Shown piece after piece: positions 36,639-49,878 of a stretch of DNA of 64,000 nt. Made by a program: the position numbers and the translations under genes. Source of the DNA: Octopus sinensis (Eukaryota); NCBI RefSeq assembly GCF_006345805.1, contig NC_043006.1:100316001-100380000 (forward strand). The letters are read 5' to 3'. The notes beneath the pieces are model-generated. The model was not told the DNA's origin and did not search any database. It saw nothing but the letters and a program-made list of their open reading frames with translations. Position 1 is the first letter of the stretch. Every line of letters starts with the position of its first letter.

Positions 36639-37886
36639 CGAGGGGCGTTCAATAAGTAATGCCTCTGACCCACTTGCAGTTGTTTGATCTAGCATGTGCA
36701 ATCATTTATATCTCTATAGATTAAGTGGTAAATTACAGCTCTGAACTAATTGTGGTTTCTGATTTACAGGTGTTTGAACTGAGTCAAGTGTGAAATGGAG
36801 CCTGTTGAGTGTCGGGCAGTGATCCGCTTTTTATATTTGAAAGAACGCACACCACAGGAGACTTTTGATGAAATGAAAGTAACTTATGGTGGTGATGCCC
36901 CATCATATGACCTTGTAAAACGCTGGCATTGTGAATTCAAACATGGTCGGAACTCTGTGGAAACAGCTCCCAGATCTGGTCGCCCCCCTACTGCTATTGA
37001 TGAGGCATCTGTCTGTCAAGTTGAGGCTGCCATTTTGGAAGATCGACGCATAACTATTCGCCAAATAGCCCATGAGGTCAAGATTAGTACTGGGTCTATG
37101 GAAACTATCATTCATAACCATTTGCACATGCAAACGGTGTCTGCCAGATGAATTCCCAGGTTGCTCACACCTTTCCAGAAGCAAGAAGGCGTCGAGTGCT
37201 CGAGGATGAATTTGGAGATGTGCCAAGGAGATGAGTCAAAATTTTTCAAAAGACTGATTACACAGGATGAAACCTGGGTCCATCACTATGATCCAGAGAC
37301 CAAAGCCCAGTCAATGCAGTGGAAGCACCGTGACTCACCTCCTCCAAAGAAGGCAAGGGTGCAGCGCTCCGCTGGCAAGGTCATGCTCACAGTCTTCTGG
37401 GACCAGGACGGAGTAGTGATGACAGATTTCCTGGCAAAGGGTACCACAATTACAGGTGCCTATTATGCTTCACTTTTGAGGAAATTAAGAGAAGCTATCA
37501 AAATCAAGAGGCGGGGCAAGATCAGCAAAGACATCCTCCTCCTGCAGGACAACGCTCCGGTCCACAACTCGCGTGAACTCCTTCCCCATGCCCCTACTCT
37601 CTTGACCTTGCACCCTCGGATTTTCCCCTCTTCCCAGCCATGAAGTTGTTTTTAAAAGGAAAGCGTTTCCCAGATGATGCAGCCTTGATTTCTGAAGTCA
37701 CGTCTTGGTTGGAGGACCAAGCTGGGGTCTTCTACAAAATCGGTCTCCAAGGCTGCACCAAACGATTGGAGAAATGCGTAACTCTGGCTGGTTTCTATGT
37801 AGAAAAAGACTAATAACCTTGCCAAGTTTCGTTGCTCTACTGCTATGGGAAGTGGGTCAGGGGTGTTACTTATTGAACGCCCCTCG
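36639..37886 (+). mobile_element. Mariner transposon (DD34D type, irritans-like), both TIRs present
   Basis: TIR CGAGGGGCGTTCAATAAGTAA / TTACTTATTGAACGCCCCTCG with TA on both sides. Confidence 0.95.
36795..37813 (+). pseudogene. Mariner transposase, disrupted
   Basis: MEPVECRAVIRFLYLK...; TGA replaces W of WIPRLLT at 37149; ITQDETWVHHYDPE; LQDNAPVH followed by a deletion; frameshift before YSLDLAPSDF. Confidence 0.92.
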
Positions 37887-38145
37887 TACCTTCGTGGATA
37901 AACTGAGGACGTCGAAGCAGCATGAAGATTGTTTTTTTCGGCGGTTTCTTCTTTAGCTGAACAAAGCTATAGACGAAAGTGTCTCGATCTCACATCTGCT
38001 CATAAAAGCACACCCTGGTTTAACCAAGAAGTCAAATATGCCGTTTCAGTAAAGAAGGAGGCTTAGAATGCTTGGCTCGGACATACGCCTCCCCTTCTGC
38101 GGGAGCAGTGCACTGAAGCATGAATTGTTGTAGCAGAAATGGGAC

Positions 38146-38482
38146 ATTCCAAAGATTGGAGCGGTTTGAATGGGAAATGATCCCCACCCACCATATTCGC
38201 CGGACATTGCCGCATCTAATTATCGTTTGTTCCGTAGTCTTCAAAATAATTTGGACGGAAAAAATATGAATTCTGTACATGAGGTCAGAACAGTACTTGA
38301 TGAGTATTTTTCGTCAGGGACAAATGAAGTTTGGAAGAGGGGCCTAACAAATCTACCAGACAGGTAGAAAAGAATTGCAGAAAATAAAGAAGATATTTTA
38401 GATTAAAAAAAGAACATTGTTTATCTTAAATTTGAAAAATTAAAGAAGTATAAAAAACACATTATTTATGGGGTCACACAAT
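38146..38482 (+). mobile_element. Mariner 3' fragment (cecropia-like) with right TIR
   Basis: PHPPYSPDIAASNYRLFRSLQNNLDGK...GLTNLPDR; TIR-like CATTATTTATGGGGTCACACAATA. Confidence 0.85.
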
Positions 38483-38934
38483 ACATATAATATATTATCG
38501 ATATATACGCCCATATACATATGTGTGTATACTAACACACACAGCCGAAACATTCGTGCATATAATGTAATAGAATAGAATATATTAATAACTTGACAGA
38601 TTCGAATTATAATAATTCCAATTTATTCTCTGAAACTAAAAATAAAAAAAAGAAATAGCAATTAACATGGCACAATAGATACCCCATATCCAGCGTCATA
38701 TATTTCGTTCATTTTGATTGAATTGGTGATGCGTTTAACTACTTTGTAAAGCTGTTAATTGATTGCTCTCCTAATTATATTCTTTATCCCATGTGAAATC
38801 GAAAAGAATTCAACAAGAATTATTATGCTGTCCTATTGGGTAAATTGTACCTACAATAATACAATAATACAATTTTACAAACGCACACCCTTGCACATAC
38901 TTTTATGTCACCGCATATTTAATGCTAAATGTGT

Positions 38935-38959
38935 TATATATATAAATATATATATATAT

Positions 38960-39024
<65 letters not shown>

Positions 39025-39290
39025 GTGTATGCATACACCTTTATATATACAAGCTTTTACATGTATGAAGTATACATATAGTGTGTAGATTTTATGTGTA
39101 CTTACCTAGTTATGTATATACATTTATACATATATATATATAAACATATATCTATATATATATATAATATATATATATACATATATATACAGACATACAT
39201 ACACACACACACATACATATATTTATATATATATATATATATACATACATACATACATATATATATATATATTATATATATATATATATA
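38935..39290. repeat. (TA)n/(TACA)n low-complexity tract
   Basis: Direct reading. Confidence 0.9.
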
Positions 39291-39477
39291 AGTACGTATG
39301 AAATGGATGTGCGTGCGCGTGTAAACGCTCTAAAGGGTTTTGCGTCTTTGACTTCTTGCTGATTAGATTTGGGATGCCAAGTCCAATTAGAGCATTGACT
39401 TTGGTCTCCGAACGTAATAATTGAATAAGAAAATGTTGAAATAACGCAAAAGTACGGAAATGTATTCAGATGTATCT

Positions 39478-39522
<45 letters not shown>

Positions 39523-40150
39523 TGCGTGCATGTGTGCGTTCGTGCGTGTGTCTGTGCGCGCCTGTGTGTAGCTGCACGTATGTACGTTTGTATTAGTATA
39601 TTTACATCTGTACTTGTGCACATAGGTAAACATGTATGTATTTGAAGAGAGAGAGAGAGTGAGAGAGTATGAAATTGAGGAAGAGTGAGGAAGAGAGAAT
39701 AAGAGAGATGATTGTAATGCTGTTGAAACATTAACTCAAATGAAACAGTTTCTGATAATAACGTAAACTTAGCAAACGGTTAAAAGGAATTGTATTCGGT
39801 CTGTACAAAGTTCAAAGCAGACGAAGCCTCAACAATGCCAGGAATTTCTGTGAAGTTATTGGTATTAAATAAAGTACATCAAACAACCGCTTCAACATTT
39901 TACTAAATCAACATCTTAGTTAAAGCTTCTAATTGCAGTTCCTCCATAAAGGTCGGCTGCAGAGGTGGTTATGGAGGTTCTTTGAGGTTGATGATGGTGG
40001 TGAATACGCCGTTGTTTTGTTGCTCATGTCTGTTGTACATGCAGCCATCGTGTTTCAACTTTATCATTGTCATATTGGTATTTATTCTTTCAGTTTTCGC
40101 CTGTGAATTGCTCATACTGTAAGGATTTCTCCCTTCTACTTTCTCTCTCC

Positions 40151-40187
<37 letters not shown>

Positions 40188-41256
40188 CCTTCTCTTTCAC
40201 TTTACGCTCTGCCCTCTCCATCCACTTTATCCTTCGTCTCTTCGTGTTACGATTACTACAGCCATCGTCACTGACACTAACATTACCACAACATACCAAC
40301 TACAAGGACAACAAAAGCAACTGTTAAATATAACAATATTAATACTCCTACTACCGCTGCTCCTACGTTATAAAAAAAAAGTATTCTGTCCTTTTCTCGT
40401 CTCCCATTTTATTCTATTTCTGCCTCTTTCTATGATTTCTTTTTTATTTTCATGCTTGCTCTCCTTCTTTGTTCCACTGATTTCATTGATTTCATTCATC
40501 CTTCATTCTTTTTTCATTTCTTTCTGTTCTCTGTTACATAATTCTTGTTTCGATTCTTCTTTTCTTCCTCTATTTCCATTTTCTCTTCTCTGAAGGAAAT
40601 AAGTGTTCAAAGCCAAAATGAAAAGCTAACCAAAAAAAGAATTTCCAAAAAAAAAAAAAGAAAAAAAAGGCGAAAACTCGTTTCATCCTTCTTGGAACTT
40701 TCTTGTCGATCGGCATCAATCAGCCATTTTTCTTCTCTAAATTCTTCCTCGTGTAGCTTCCCTCACATTTTTTCACTTTTCTCCTTCTTTTCCTCTTGGT
40801 CTTCGCTTATTTCTTTCTCTCAATGCATACTTTCAATTTTTTTTTTGTCTTTGTTATCTACCTTTTTCAACCTTTTGCTGCATAACGTTTGTGTCTGTGG
40901 CATTATAAGAATTTCATATTCCCGGAGAGCAAAAACTTGCTCTTTTTTATTCTTTTTAAAGCGAACTTCATATAATGACCACTTTGGAACACCAAGATAT
41001 TAAATTATTGAAAAACATCTGGTAGAATCGAAACCAAGAAGCCATTGATCGATTATTCTAACAATCGCAACAATGATTATCAACAAACGTACAGGTACAC
41101 ACAACCATATAACATTTGCTAGTGTGTGTGTGTGTGTGGTGGTAAACAGATTGATTTGGCAGTAGTCCTTGACAGGTGCTTATTCTATTGCTCAAAAAAA
41201 GGCAGAAATAATATAAGCGCAAAGCATAAAAGAATCTTTGTCACACACACACACAC

Positions 41257-41308
<52 letters not shown>

Positions 41309-41344
41309 TATTATTATTATTATTAATAATAATAATAATAATAA

Positions 41345-41394
<50 letters not shown>

Positions 41395-41616
41395 TAATAA
41401 TAATAATAGTTGCGTTGAATGTTGGCATAAGGCCAATATTTTTAGATAGAGGGCAGTATTCGGTTACATTGAACCCAGTACTTGACTGTTATTCCACTTC
41501 GCCTTTAATAATAAGAGGCGGGAGAAGGAGGAAGAGGAAGAGAAGAAGAAGAAGAAGAAGAAGAAGAAGAAGAAGAATGATAATGAAGAAAATATGATGA
41601 TGATGACGACGACGAC

Positions 41617-41694
<78 letters not shown>

Positions 41695-41850
41695 GATGAT
41701 GATGATGACGACGACGACGACAATGATGACAACGACGATGATGATGACGACGATGATGTTGACGACGATGATGATGATGACCATGATGATGACGATAAGG
41801 AGGAGGAAGATGATGATGATCGTCATCATCATCATCATCATCATTATCAT
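41257..41850. repeat. (TTA)n(TAA)n, (AGA)n and (GAT/GAC)n trinucleotide arrays with a short SINE fragment at ~41412-41490
   Basis: Direct reading. Confidence 0.9.
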
Positions 41851-41854
41851 AGGG

Positions 41855-42700
41855 TGACATAAGAGAGAATCAAGAGCATCAGACGAGAAGAGAGTCAAGT
41901 GCAGCTCCTTAGAGAAGGTGTACCCAGGAAAGAAAGATTCATTAAAACACTGTAAAGAAAAGACAATTTGAAAGATGAAAAGACAGTAATAAACGTTGTA
42001 ATGGAACTAAAAGAAAAGCGTGAACGAAAAAATAGCTGAAATACAGCGATATATGGAAATAGTTTGTTTCCAAATAATCAAAAGTGTTTCTTTGGAAAAT
42101 TGAACGGAGTAGAAAAGCATATCAATGGAAGGCAGATGGAGGGAAAAAAATAAAAATAGAACATTTTAGAGTGATTTATTGGACAAAAAGAAAGGCTACC
42201 ACAAGAAGATGCTGGCATAGATAGAAGTAAATAATTAATGAAACTGGCTATCATAGTAATTATTCCGGGTTTCATTACAACATAATCGATAACGCACTTA
42301 ATGAAAGGGTGCCCGCACCAGGCAAGGATGAAGAACATCAATGCTGGCAAGTACTGAATAAGATATTAGGTTAAATTCATCAACAAACTGGCACTGATAT
42401 CTCAAACTACTGACCGATAATTTGTTTGGCACTACTATGGAAATTATAAGCATGTATGTTCGGGCATCCGATCTATGCACACTCAGAGAAATGCAACTGA
42501 TCACTTGAATAGAAAGTGTGCAGGAGATATTCAGGAGGGACAAACAACCAGCAGGTAATTGACATGATGATTATAAAAAATTGCATGAAGGAATGGCTTA
42601 GGAAAGGGCTAGATGGATTCCAAAAAGCACATGACACCTGAATATTAAAGTCACTCAAAATTCTAACAATTACAAAATCCTAACAATTACGTAACAGATT
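41855..42700 (+). mobile_element. R4/Dong-type LINE, degraded pre-RT/RT fragment
   Basis: YGNSLFPNNQKCFFGKLNG, EQEIFRR-GQ..QVIDMMIIKNC and DFQKAHD-like motifs. Confidence 0.6.
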
Positions 42701-43074
42701 AGGCAAGTCGACGAAAGAAACTGGATTCGAATTGACAATCTATGTCAGTTGTTCACCTCACTGATGCGCAAAAATGTGAAATCCATCGGCCATTGGGAAA
42801 TTTGCAACTCTGAGGGAGGAAATGCCTTTAATCGATATTTCTTTAGGCCATCTGGACTATCTCGAAAAACGATCTGTACAGATTAAGAGATACATTTTAT
42901 CCTGAACTGGTGGTAGAGGACTGACAACATCTATGTTGTGCAAATGTATGGTTGTGCTATCACAAGTGTTTTAATTGAGCCAACATCTTTGTGAACTTTG
43001 TCTATGAACTTACTGTCTATGACAGAATACCCCTTAGGACGTCAACCTTTTAGATCGAAAGAAAATTATTATTA

Positions 43075-43310
43075 GGCGGCAAGATGGTAGAAACCTTAGC
43101 ACTCCTTGCAAAATACTTAGCGGCATTTATTCTGTCTCTTTACCTTCTGAGTTAAAATATCACCATAGGCAACCTTACGTTTCATGGTTCGATAAAATAA
43201 GTACCATTCGAGGACTGGAGGCTGATGTAATCGAGTTGACCCTTCATTTTGGGGTCGTTAAATTAAGTATCAGTTGAACATTGGAGTTGATATAAGCAAC
43301 TTACACCCTC
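43075..43310 (+). mobile_element. Family A SINE with tandemly duplicated Nin/Deu core, lacking its tail
   Basis: Head GGCGGCAAGATGGTAGAAACCTTAGCAC; core occurs twice (TTCGATAAAATAAGTACC ~43188; GGGGTCGTTAAATTAAGTATCAG ~43251). Confidence 0.75.
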
Positions 43311-44416
43311 TTAATCCAAGTAGAATAAGTGAGCATAGAGCTAATCCCCAAATCGATCAGCCGGCCGAACGGCACAAAATTACACGTGACCGTAGAGGGC
43401 ATGTAGACGAGGTGTTTCCTCTGTTGTGACAAAAACCACCTCAAGGCCTCTTGTCTCAGACAGAGATAGGTGGAACGGCCTGCACTACTACCAACGCCAC
43501 TGTTAGTGCCATCTCCAGTGCAGCAATAGCAACAACAGGTGCAACAGCAGAGACCGGCTGTTGATGCACAAGGAAAGCACTAGCGGCATCACCAATACTA
43601 CACAAGCAGCAGCAACAACGATGCTGCCCGCAGCCGGCTCTGAAGCGCAACCAACTTCAGTACCAACATCACCAGAAACGGTCTCAACATCCAAGGCTGT
43701 ACTGCTAAACAACTGGAGAGGGGAGGTGCAAACAAGCTGCACTCCCTAACAGCAGCAGCACACAGACACAACCACCAACAACACCAACACTTTCCCCAGC
43801 GCTACCACCCCAAACACAAACACAAACACAAATTACAACACCCCACAGTCTCCACAAGCACTACCAACCTCACAGCCATAGACACAAACAATATCGACCT
43901 TGTAAAACACTTAAAAAATAATACAGACGCCACAATGAAAGACTTTGTCTTCCCGACACACAACGCACCACTACCACACATACAAATTTTTTTAAATAGC
44001 ACAAAACACATACGAACATTTAACAACATTTTCCGATGCTGTTGGGCCGTTTCAGAAAACTTTTTCGAAAACCTCTACAAAAACCTACTCGTGGAAACAA
44101 TCACGCCAAGGAACAAGCGGGTCATCTCACCAGACAACAATGGTAAGTAGCGCTCTCCTCCATTAGTATATATTTATTTTCAACATGGTCGTGCTCAAAA
44201 TTGGTTGTATAAATGCCAGGGACCTCGAGACACCTTGGAAACAAGGTCACCTTTTAAACGACCTGAGGTCCTTTATGTAGATGTAGCCGCCATTAGTAAA
44301 ACCAGATTTTCCGACACGCAGGCCTTCATGGCCTTCTTCACTGAATACGCGGTCTACTTATCTCCGTGTCGGCCGGGAGATGGTGGTGGTGGTGGTGGTG
44401 GGGGCGGTAGTGGTAG

Positions 44417-44447
<31 letters not shown>

Positions 44448-45590
44448 GTCGGTGGAGGCGGTGTATATGGTGGTGGTGGTGTATGTGGTAGTGTTGTGGT
44501 GGTGGTACTGCAGTGCTTTTTCGGAAAGGTCTGTATTTGAAAATAAGGCAATCTTCCTGGATCCAGAAGGTAAGTTCGCTGCCCTGGATGTGAACAGCAG
44601 TGATGTCGATAGCTTCAGACTGGTTGCTGCCTATGCTCGGACTGGGGCAAGACAGCCGAACTACTTCAAGCGTCTGCAGATTTTCCTGGAAACGTCTCAA
44701 ACATTAGCGTTAGTAGGGGTTTGGAACTCTGTTTTAGACGCACGTTTGGATTGTGTGGGGTTATCTAATAGGAGAGTGGGGTACAAAAGCCACAGAAATT
44801 TGCTGACGTTTTCAACTGTCTGGCAGGTACCGACAAGATTACCCGAATGTGCCAATGTGGGCTTGGACAAATCGCATCGACTCATCTGTATCTATTTAGA
44901 ATTATCTGTAAGCCAGCGGATAAGGATAACATAAGTTGTCCACATTCTCACATGCTCGGTTACACTGACCACACATTCTTAATCTGTACGGTCGACCTAG
45001 CTAGGCTTCATAGACAGAGCCCCGGTTAGTGGAAGCTGAATACATCGTTACCAGCATGCCAAGCTTTCAGAGACCGGATTAGCGCATTATTTCAGAGGGC
45101 ATTGATGGGGCAATCGTCAACAACAACTGATGATTTGCTATTAAAGAGGCAATTAGAGTAGAATCCATTAGATTCAGTAAGGCCTTAGCGGTCGAAAATA
45201 TAGAAAAGAGGGAGATTTAGTAAGAATGTTAGATGAGGCACTCAGAAAAGCATCGCAAATGACGTGTTGGCAGCGAGGTTGGTCCTCGATCAATTTTTCG
45301 ACACCAAACACGAAGGCTGTGTTGTCAGAGCTAAGGCACGTTTACTAAGCAAGGGTGGAACGAAAAATACTCTGTGGACCCGAGTGGCGGAGGCAAAACA
45401 TGTCAACAAAGCCACCATTCTCTCTATGGTGGACCACAACGGGCGCGAGATATCTGAACCTAAGCAGATGTATGCGGCTTTTCAGCAGCACTTTGCTCGA
45501 CTGTTCGGGACGAGTGGTAAGAAGGATAACGGGGCAGATTTCGGATTTTACTTGTACGTCCTGCCGAGCCTCTCGACCGGCGAGGTGAAT
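43311..45590 (+). mobile_element. L1/Tx1-clade LINE: ORF1 remnant plus APE endonuclease/N-terminal ORF2, truncated before the RT
   Basis: ORF2 start ATG 44185 MVVLKIGCINARG; DVAAISKTR; FLDPEGK..LDV..FRLVAAYA; LVGVWNSVLDARLD; YTDH; PG*WKLNTS; GCVVRAK. Confidence 0.85.
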
Positions 45591-45847
45591 CATTCAGTAA
45601 CCTTATTTTTATCACCACCTGCTTTCACTGCCCCACCAAGAGTATTTTTCCTTTTAAGTGTTCTATTTCTATTTCTGATATTTTGTTTTTGTTTTGCGAA
45701 TATAGCTTCGTATGTTAGCTAGTTTATTAGGGTTCGTTGTTGTATCCAAGTCTTTATTTAGGTAATTTTTCTTACAGATTTTATATGTATACGTTGTTGT
45801 ATTTTCGTTCTTTGGGTGGATCACTGCTGTAATACAAGCGTGTAAGA

Positions 45848-45949
45848 TTCTTCTTCTTTCTTCTTCTTCTTCTTCTTCTTCTTCTTCTTCTTCTTCTTCT
45901 TTCTTCTTCTTCTTTTCTTCTTCTTCTTCTTCTTCACTTCTTCTTCACT

Positions 45950-45981
<32 letters not shown>

Positions 45982-46059
45982 TCTTTCATCTTCTTCTTCT
46001 TCTTCTTCTTCTTCTTATTATTATTATTATTATAATCATCATCATTATTATTATTATTA

Positions 46060-46101
<42 letters not shown>

Positions 46102-46127
46102 CATCATCATCATTATTATTATTATTA

Positions 46128-46164
<37 letters not shown>

Positions 46165-46175
46165 CATTATTATTA
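45848..46175. repeat. (TTC)n(TTA)n trinucleotide array
   Basis: Direct reading. Confidence 0.95.
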
Positions 46176-47299
46176 GTATGTATACGCAATGCAGTAATAT
46201 GTGATTTTACCGGAATTTCTTGCAGAACATCCACCCTGTTTTACTCATTGACCGCCAGGACTACAAAAAGAAGAAAAACACAGTACGAATATGACAATGG
46301 CGGTTCTTAACAAGGTTCTAATGTCTATTCGAATGTACACGTCGGAGCTAGCGGACACATTGGAAGCAAGTGTTATGTACATACCTTACTATATAGATCG
46401 TAGAAAGATCTAAATTTGGGACAAAATGATACATAACTTCACATAGCAGCGTATTTTATCTGACACATTAAATATAGAAATGATTAACCTTTAGTTATAA
46501 AACATAATATTCACCGCTTTCGAATAAATTATGGGAATACTGTATCATTGGTTTAAAGCAAGCAGGTTAGGAAAATAACGTAACATTTTTGTCAGGAGCC
46601 ATGCTCTTTCGCTAAATGCCTATCTCATAATGTTAGCATCCAACAAAACATCGAACGTCGGATGAAAATGCGAAATGTAATGGTGTGTTTGCTTTTACGT
46701 GATGTATCCTCTGATATTTTCGATTTGATTTGATGGCTCATTTATTGTATGGGAGGCCGTTCCCACCGTATTGTTTTGTTTCTTTGACGAAACCTTGTTT
46801 ATTTTCTGTGGTAGATTATGTTGTGATGTTTCATTGAGGTTTTCTTTATGGCGGGGGGAGAGGGGGCTTGTGTCGCTTTTTTTAAAAAATGATATCAGTC
46901 GTTTTGTTTTATTTTCAAATAAACAATCAAGAGAATCATGAAAGAGTTGTATGAATCGTAGAGGAGAATAAATAAATGGGGACGGAAGAGCATAATTTGA
47001 ATACATTTGCAAATGTGCGGAGAACGTAATGAACAATAAAAAGATTCCAGAAATGAATCTAATACATGTCATACAAAGAATACGCATTGAAAATGAAACA
47101 AAAACACCGTGAATTCACGCAAAACAAGGAATACGCAGAAGCGAATAAAAACACTATAATCGAAAGCGACTTATACATAAAACATCACACCCAGACGAAA
47201 TAAAGACTTACAAAAAAAAGAGAAAGGAAAATACATGAAATGACACTCAAAACGAAAAGAATATATCAATAGTGCCATTCACAAATACAGTGTGACAGA

Positions 47300-48800
47300 A
47301 AAGCAAGAAGAGGCACAAATTTAAAAGAGCAAAGGACAACAAAAAATGATGAAGGTGATAGAAGAGCCTTACGAACACAACAAATTCTCAACCATATTAA
47401 AATAATCCTTTCTACTGCAATCAGATTGGGACTAAAGAGTCAACTCAGAACACTAATCTGAAATTTAGGACTATATTTGAGGAATGATAATATAAATGAA
47501 AGGCATCACCAGAATGTAGGTGACATGGATGCCAGAAACTCCTGTGAGAGGTTCAGCTCCCCTAATAAAACACCGTGTATCAGCAACCAGAGTGATATAT
47601 TTTCTGTGGAAGTTGTATTTGTTGCATTATGGAGCAAAATAAGATTTGATTCTAATTGAATAAGACTTTATTTGCGCTGACCTAGAGAAAAGTTTCAGGA
47701 GTTATCTATACTAAAGCAAAATGGAGAAAGATCCTGGACAATTATAATGTGTAATATCAATATAAAAATAGAAAACCTTGAATTGAAATGACTGCAACAA
47801 GTCGTATTAGTAAAAGAGAAGTGTTAGCAGTTCGTTCAGAACTAGATATTTTAATCATATATCAAAAACCTTTTAACGGGAAATTACGACAAAACAACAT
47901 CGCAGAACGCATCGACATGAAGAGGAGGTCAAAGATATTGTGGGAAAATATCGAGCATAGACATTTGTTACAATACAAATAAACAATGGATGAGAAGAGA
48001 ATGAGAAAAATATAATTATATCACGGCATAGGATAAGTAGGAATTTAATAACATGATGGAGTCTCCAAGCAACTAAAAAGCTTCCGGAATTTACAAAATC
48101 CTGTATTTCTGCCCGAAAGGCTTGAATATTATTCATGGATTTGTGGCAAAAACATTCATTGAATTAGCAATGAGACTAGAATTAAAAACGGAATACTTAC
48201 TTGAGCACAATGTAATATTAATTTTCAAAAAACATGACACAACGGTCTCCAAAACTGCAGCAGCTTTCAACGACATGCAAAAAGCACTTACAACATCTAC
48301 AATGAGCTGCTTATTTCTAGAGGAGCAGAAATGCTTAGATGCTGGAAGTGATATACAGTTGCAAAGAACAGCTGCATGGAATCGGACTGCTATAGAAAAG
48401 AGGAAGACAAACCTCAGAATGGTAATGATTCATTACCGAATATTATTCCATTCGATGGCACACTTATATTTTTGAGACATCTCTTTTATATGAAAAGGCC
48501 TCATTAATAAAAGCTTCATTAACGAAGCCTTTATTAATGAAGCTATGTCATATCAAATTCGAAAACAACTTTATCACTGAAGGACAAAATGATAATTAGA
48601 ATCAACCATATATCTACAAGAAGCAGCACATTACAAGAAGACTATTCTCTCTTGTATTCTTCTGCCTAACAGATCTAATGAATAAAACAACAAATATCTA
48701 TAAAAGTTTCAGCCCAGTTGGAATCGAGTTGTTCTACAAGGATGGAGCAAAAATATTCAGGTAGCGACTCTAGTAAAATTACCCATGGACATAGATTTGT
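47300..48800 (+). mobile_element. R4/Dong-type LINE, very degraded
   Basis: KTEYLLEHNVILIFKKHDT, FLEEQKC, KTNLRMVMIHY and LQED..SLVFFCL motifs in RT order with many indels. Confidence 0.55.
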
Positions 48801-49149
48801 AAAAATAAATATCATAGCAGACAAATATAGCAAAGAATCTGGAAATGTAACAAAAGGAGAGAAATTGAGAGCATTTAATCAGATTAGACACTGAAATCAA
48901 AGGATTATACCAAAACTGTTTACAGAAATACGTAAGAAGAAACACTTAAACAACGTATTCGGGCAAAAGTATTGAAGGTGCTCCGCTACTCTGAGCTCAT
49001 ATTGCAGTTCTTTTCTTTTAATCTACATGCAATATAGCTGAAAACTTGGGGATGAGATGTGGGGAGGCCAGTATAGAAATACACTCGTTGTATATAACAT
49101 AAGAATTTACATTGGTAGAACTTGTCTAAGGATGTGGGTAGTACATGGC

Positions 49150-49700
49150 AGTACAGTCTTTTAGATTTCTTTGCGATATGGTTCCCTAGGGACGTCTAGA
49201 TATTTCTGACATCCTTTTGTTTCATGCCTGGTGCATCTACAATAACTAGAACAGTTTGTGCTTCCAAGAACCCGCAACTTTTGTAATTCAAAGTCTTAAT
49301 ATTTATTAATACTAGGATTGTGGAATTCTTTTACCAGAGGGAACAGTTACAGCTATTATTCCAAAAGTACTTTCTTCTCTGTTTTTAATAATTATGTCTG
49401 GTGGTTTATCTTGCATTGTTCTGTCAGTATTAATTGGAAAATCTATACATTTAACCATTCGCTCAGGATGTTATTCATGCCAGATATCAGTTAGCTGGCG
49501 TGTCGAATTTGTAGAGCTTACCTATTTTCTAATGTAAATATTGCCCTGCGCTATCGTGCGACTTTTATGACGCACGATAGCGCGACATAAAATGTTCTTC
49601 CTTATTTCTGTCTAAGCTGTTTAGTTCGTCTACTGTCTATGCGATTATCCCTGCTCCATATCTCAGGTGTTGACAGCTTCAGTCTTATTCCGTCCCTTTA
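49150..49700 (-). mobile_element. R4/Dong LINE 3' fragment
   Basis: Minus strand HDSAGQYLH, DFPINTDRTMQDKPPDIII, TVLVIVDAPGM. Confidence 0.7.
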
Positions 49701-49784
49701 ATTTCGATTTAAGTAACCTTCTCAGTCTGCGTAAGTGCTCAACCTTAAAATTTGTCATTTCTTTTTCTATCAATTTATCCATTT

Positions 49785-49788
49785 ATTA

Positions 49789-49846
<58 letters not shown>

Positions 49847-49878
49847 TATTATTATTATTACCACCATCATCATTATTA
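49785..49878. repeat. (TTA)n microsatellite
   Basis: Direct reading. Confidence 0.95.

Larger units (their letters stand above)
36530..38145 (+). mobile_element. RTE-like LINE fragment interrupted by a mariner
   Basis: Left part VCNLRV..IKWEVM..NKYLDTIASELK and right part STPWFNQEVKYAVSVKKEA*NAWL resemble the RTE EN-RT linker. Confidence 0.55.
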
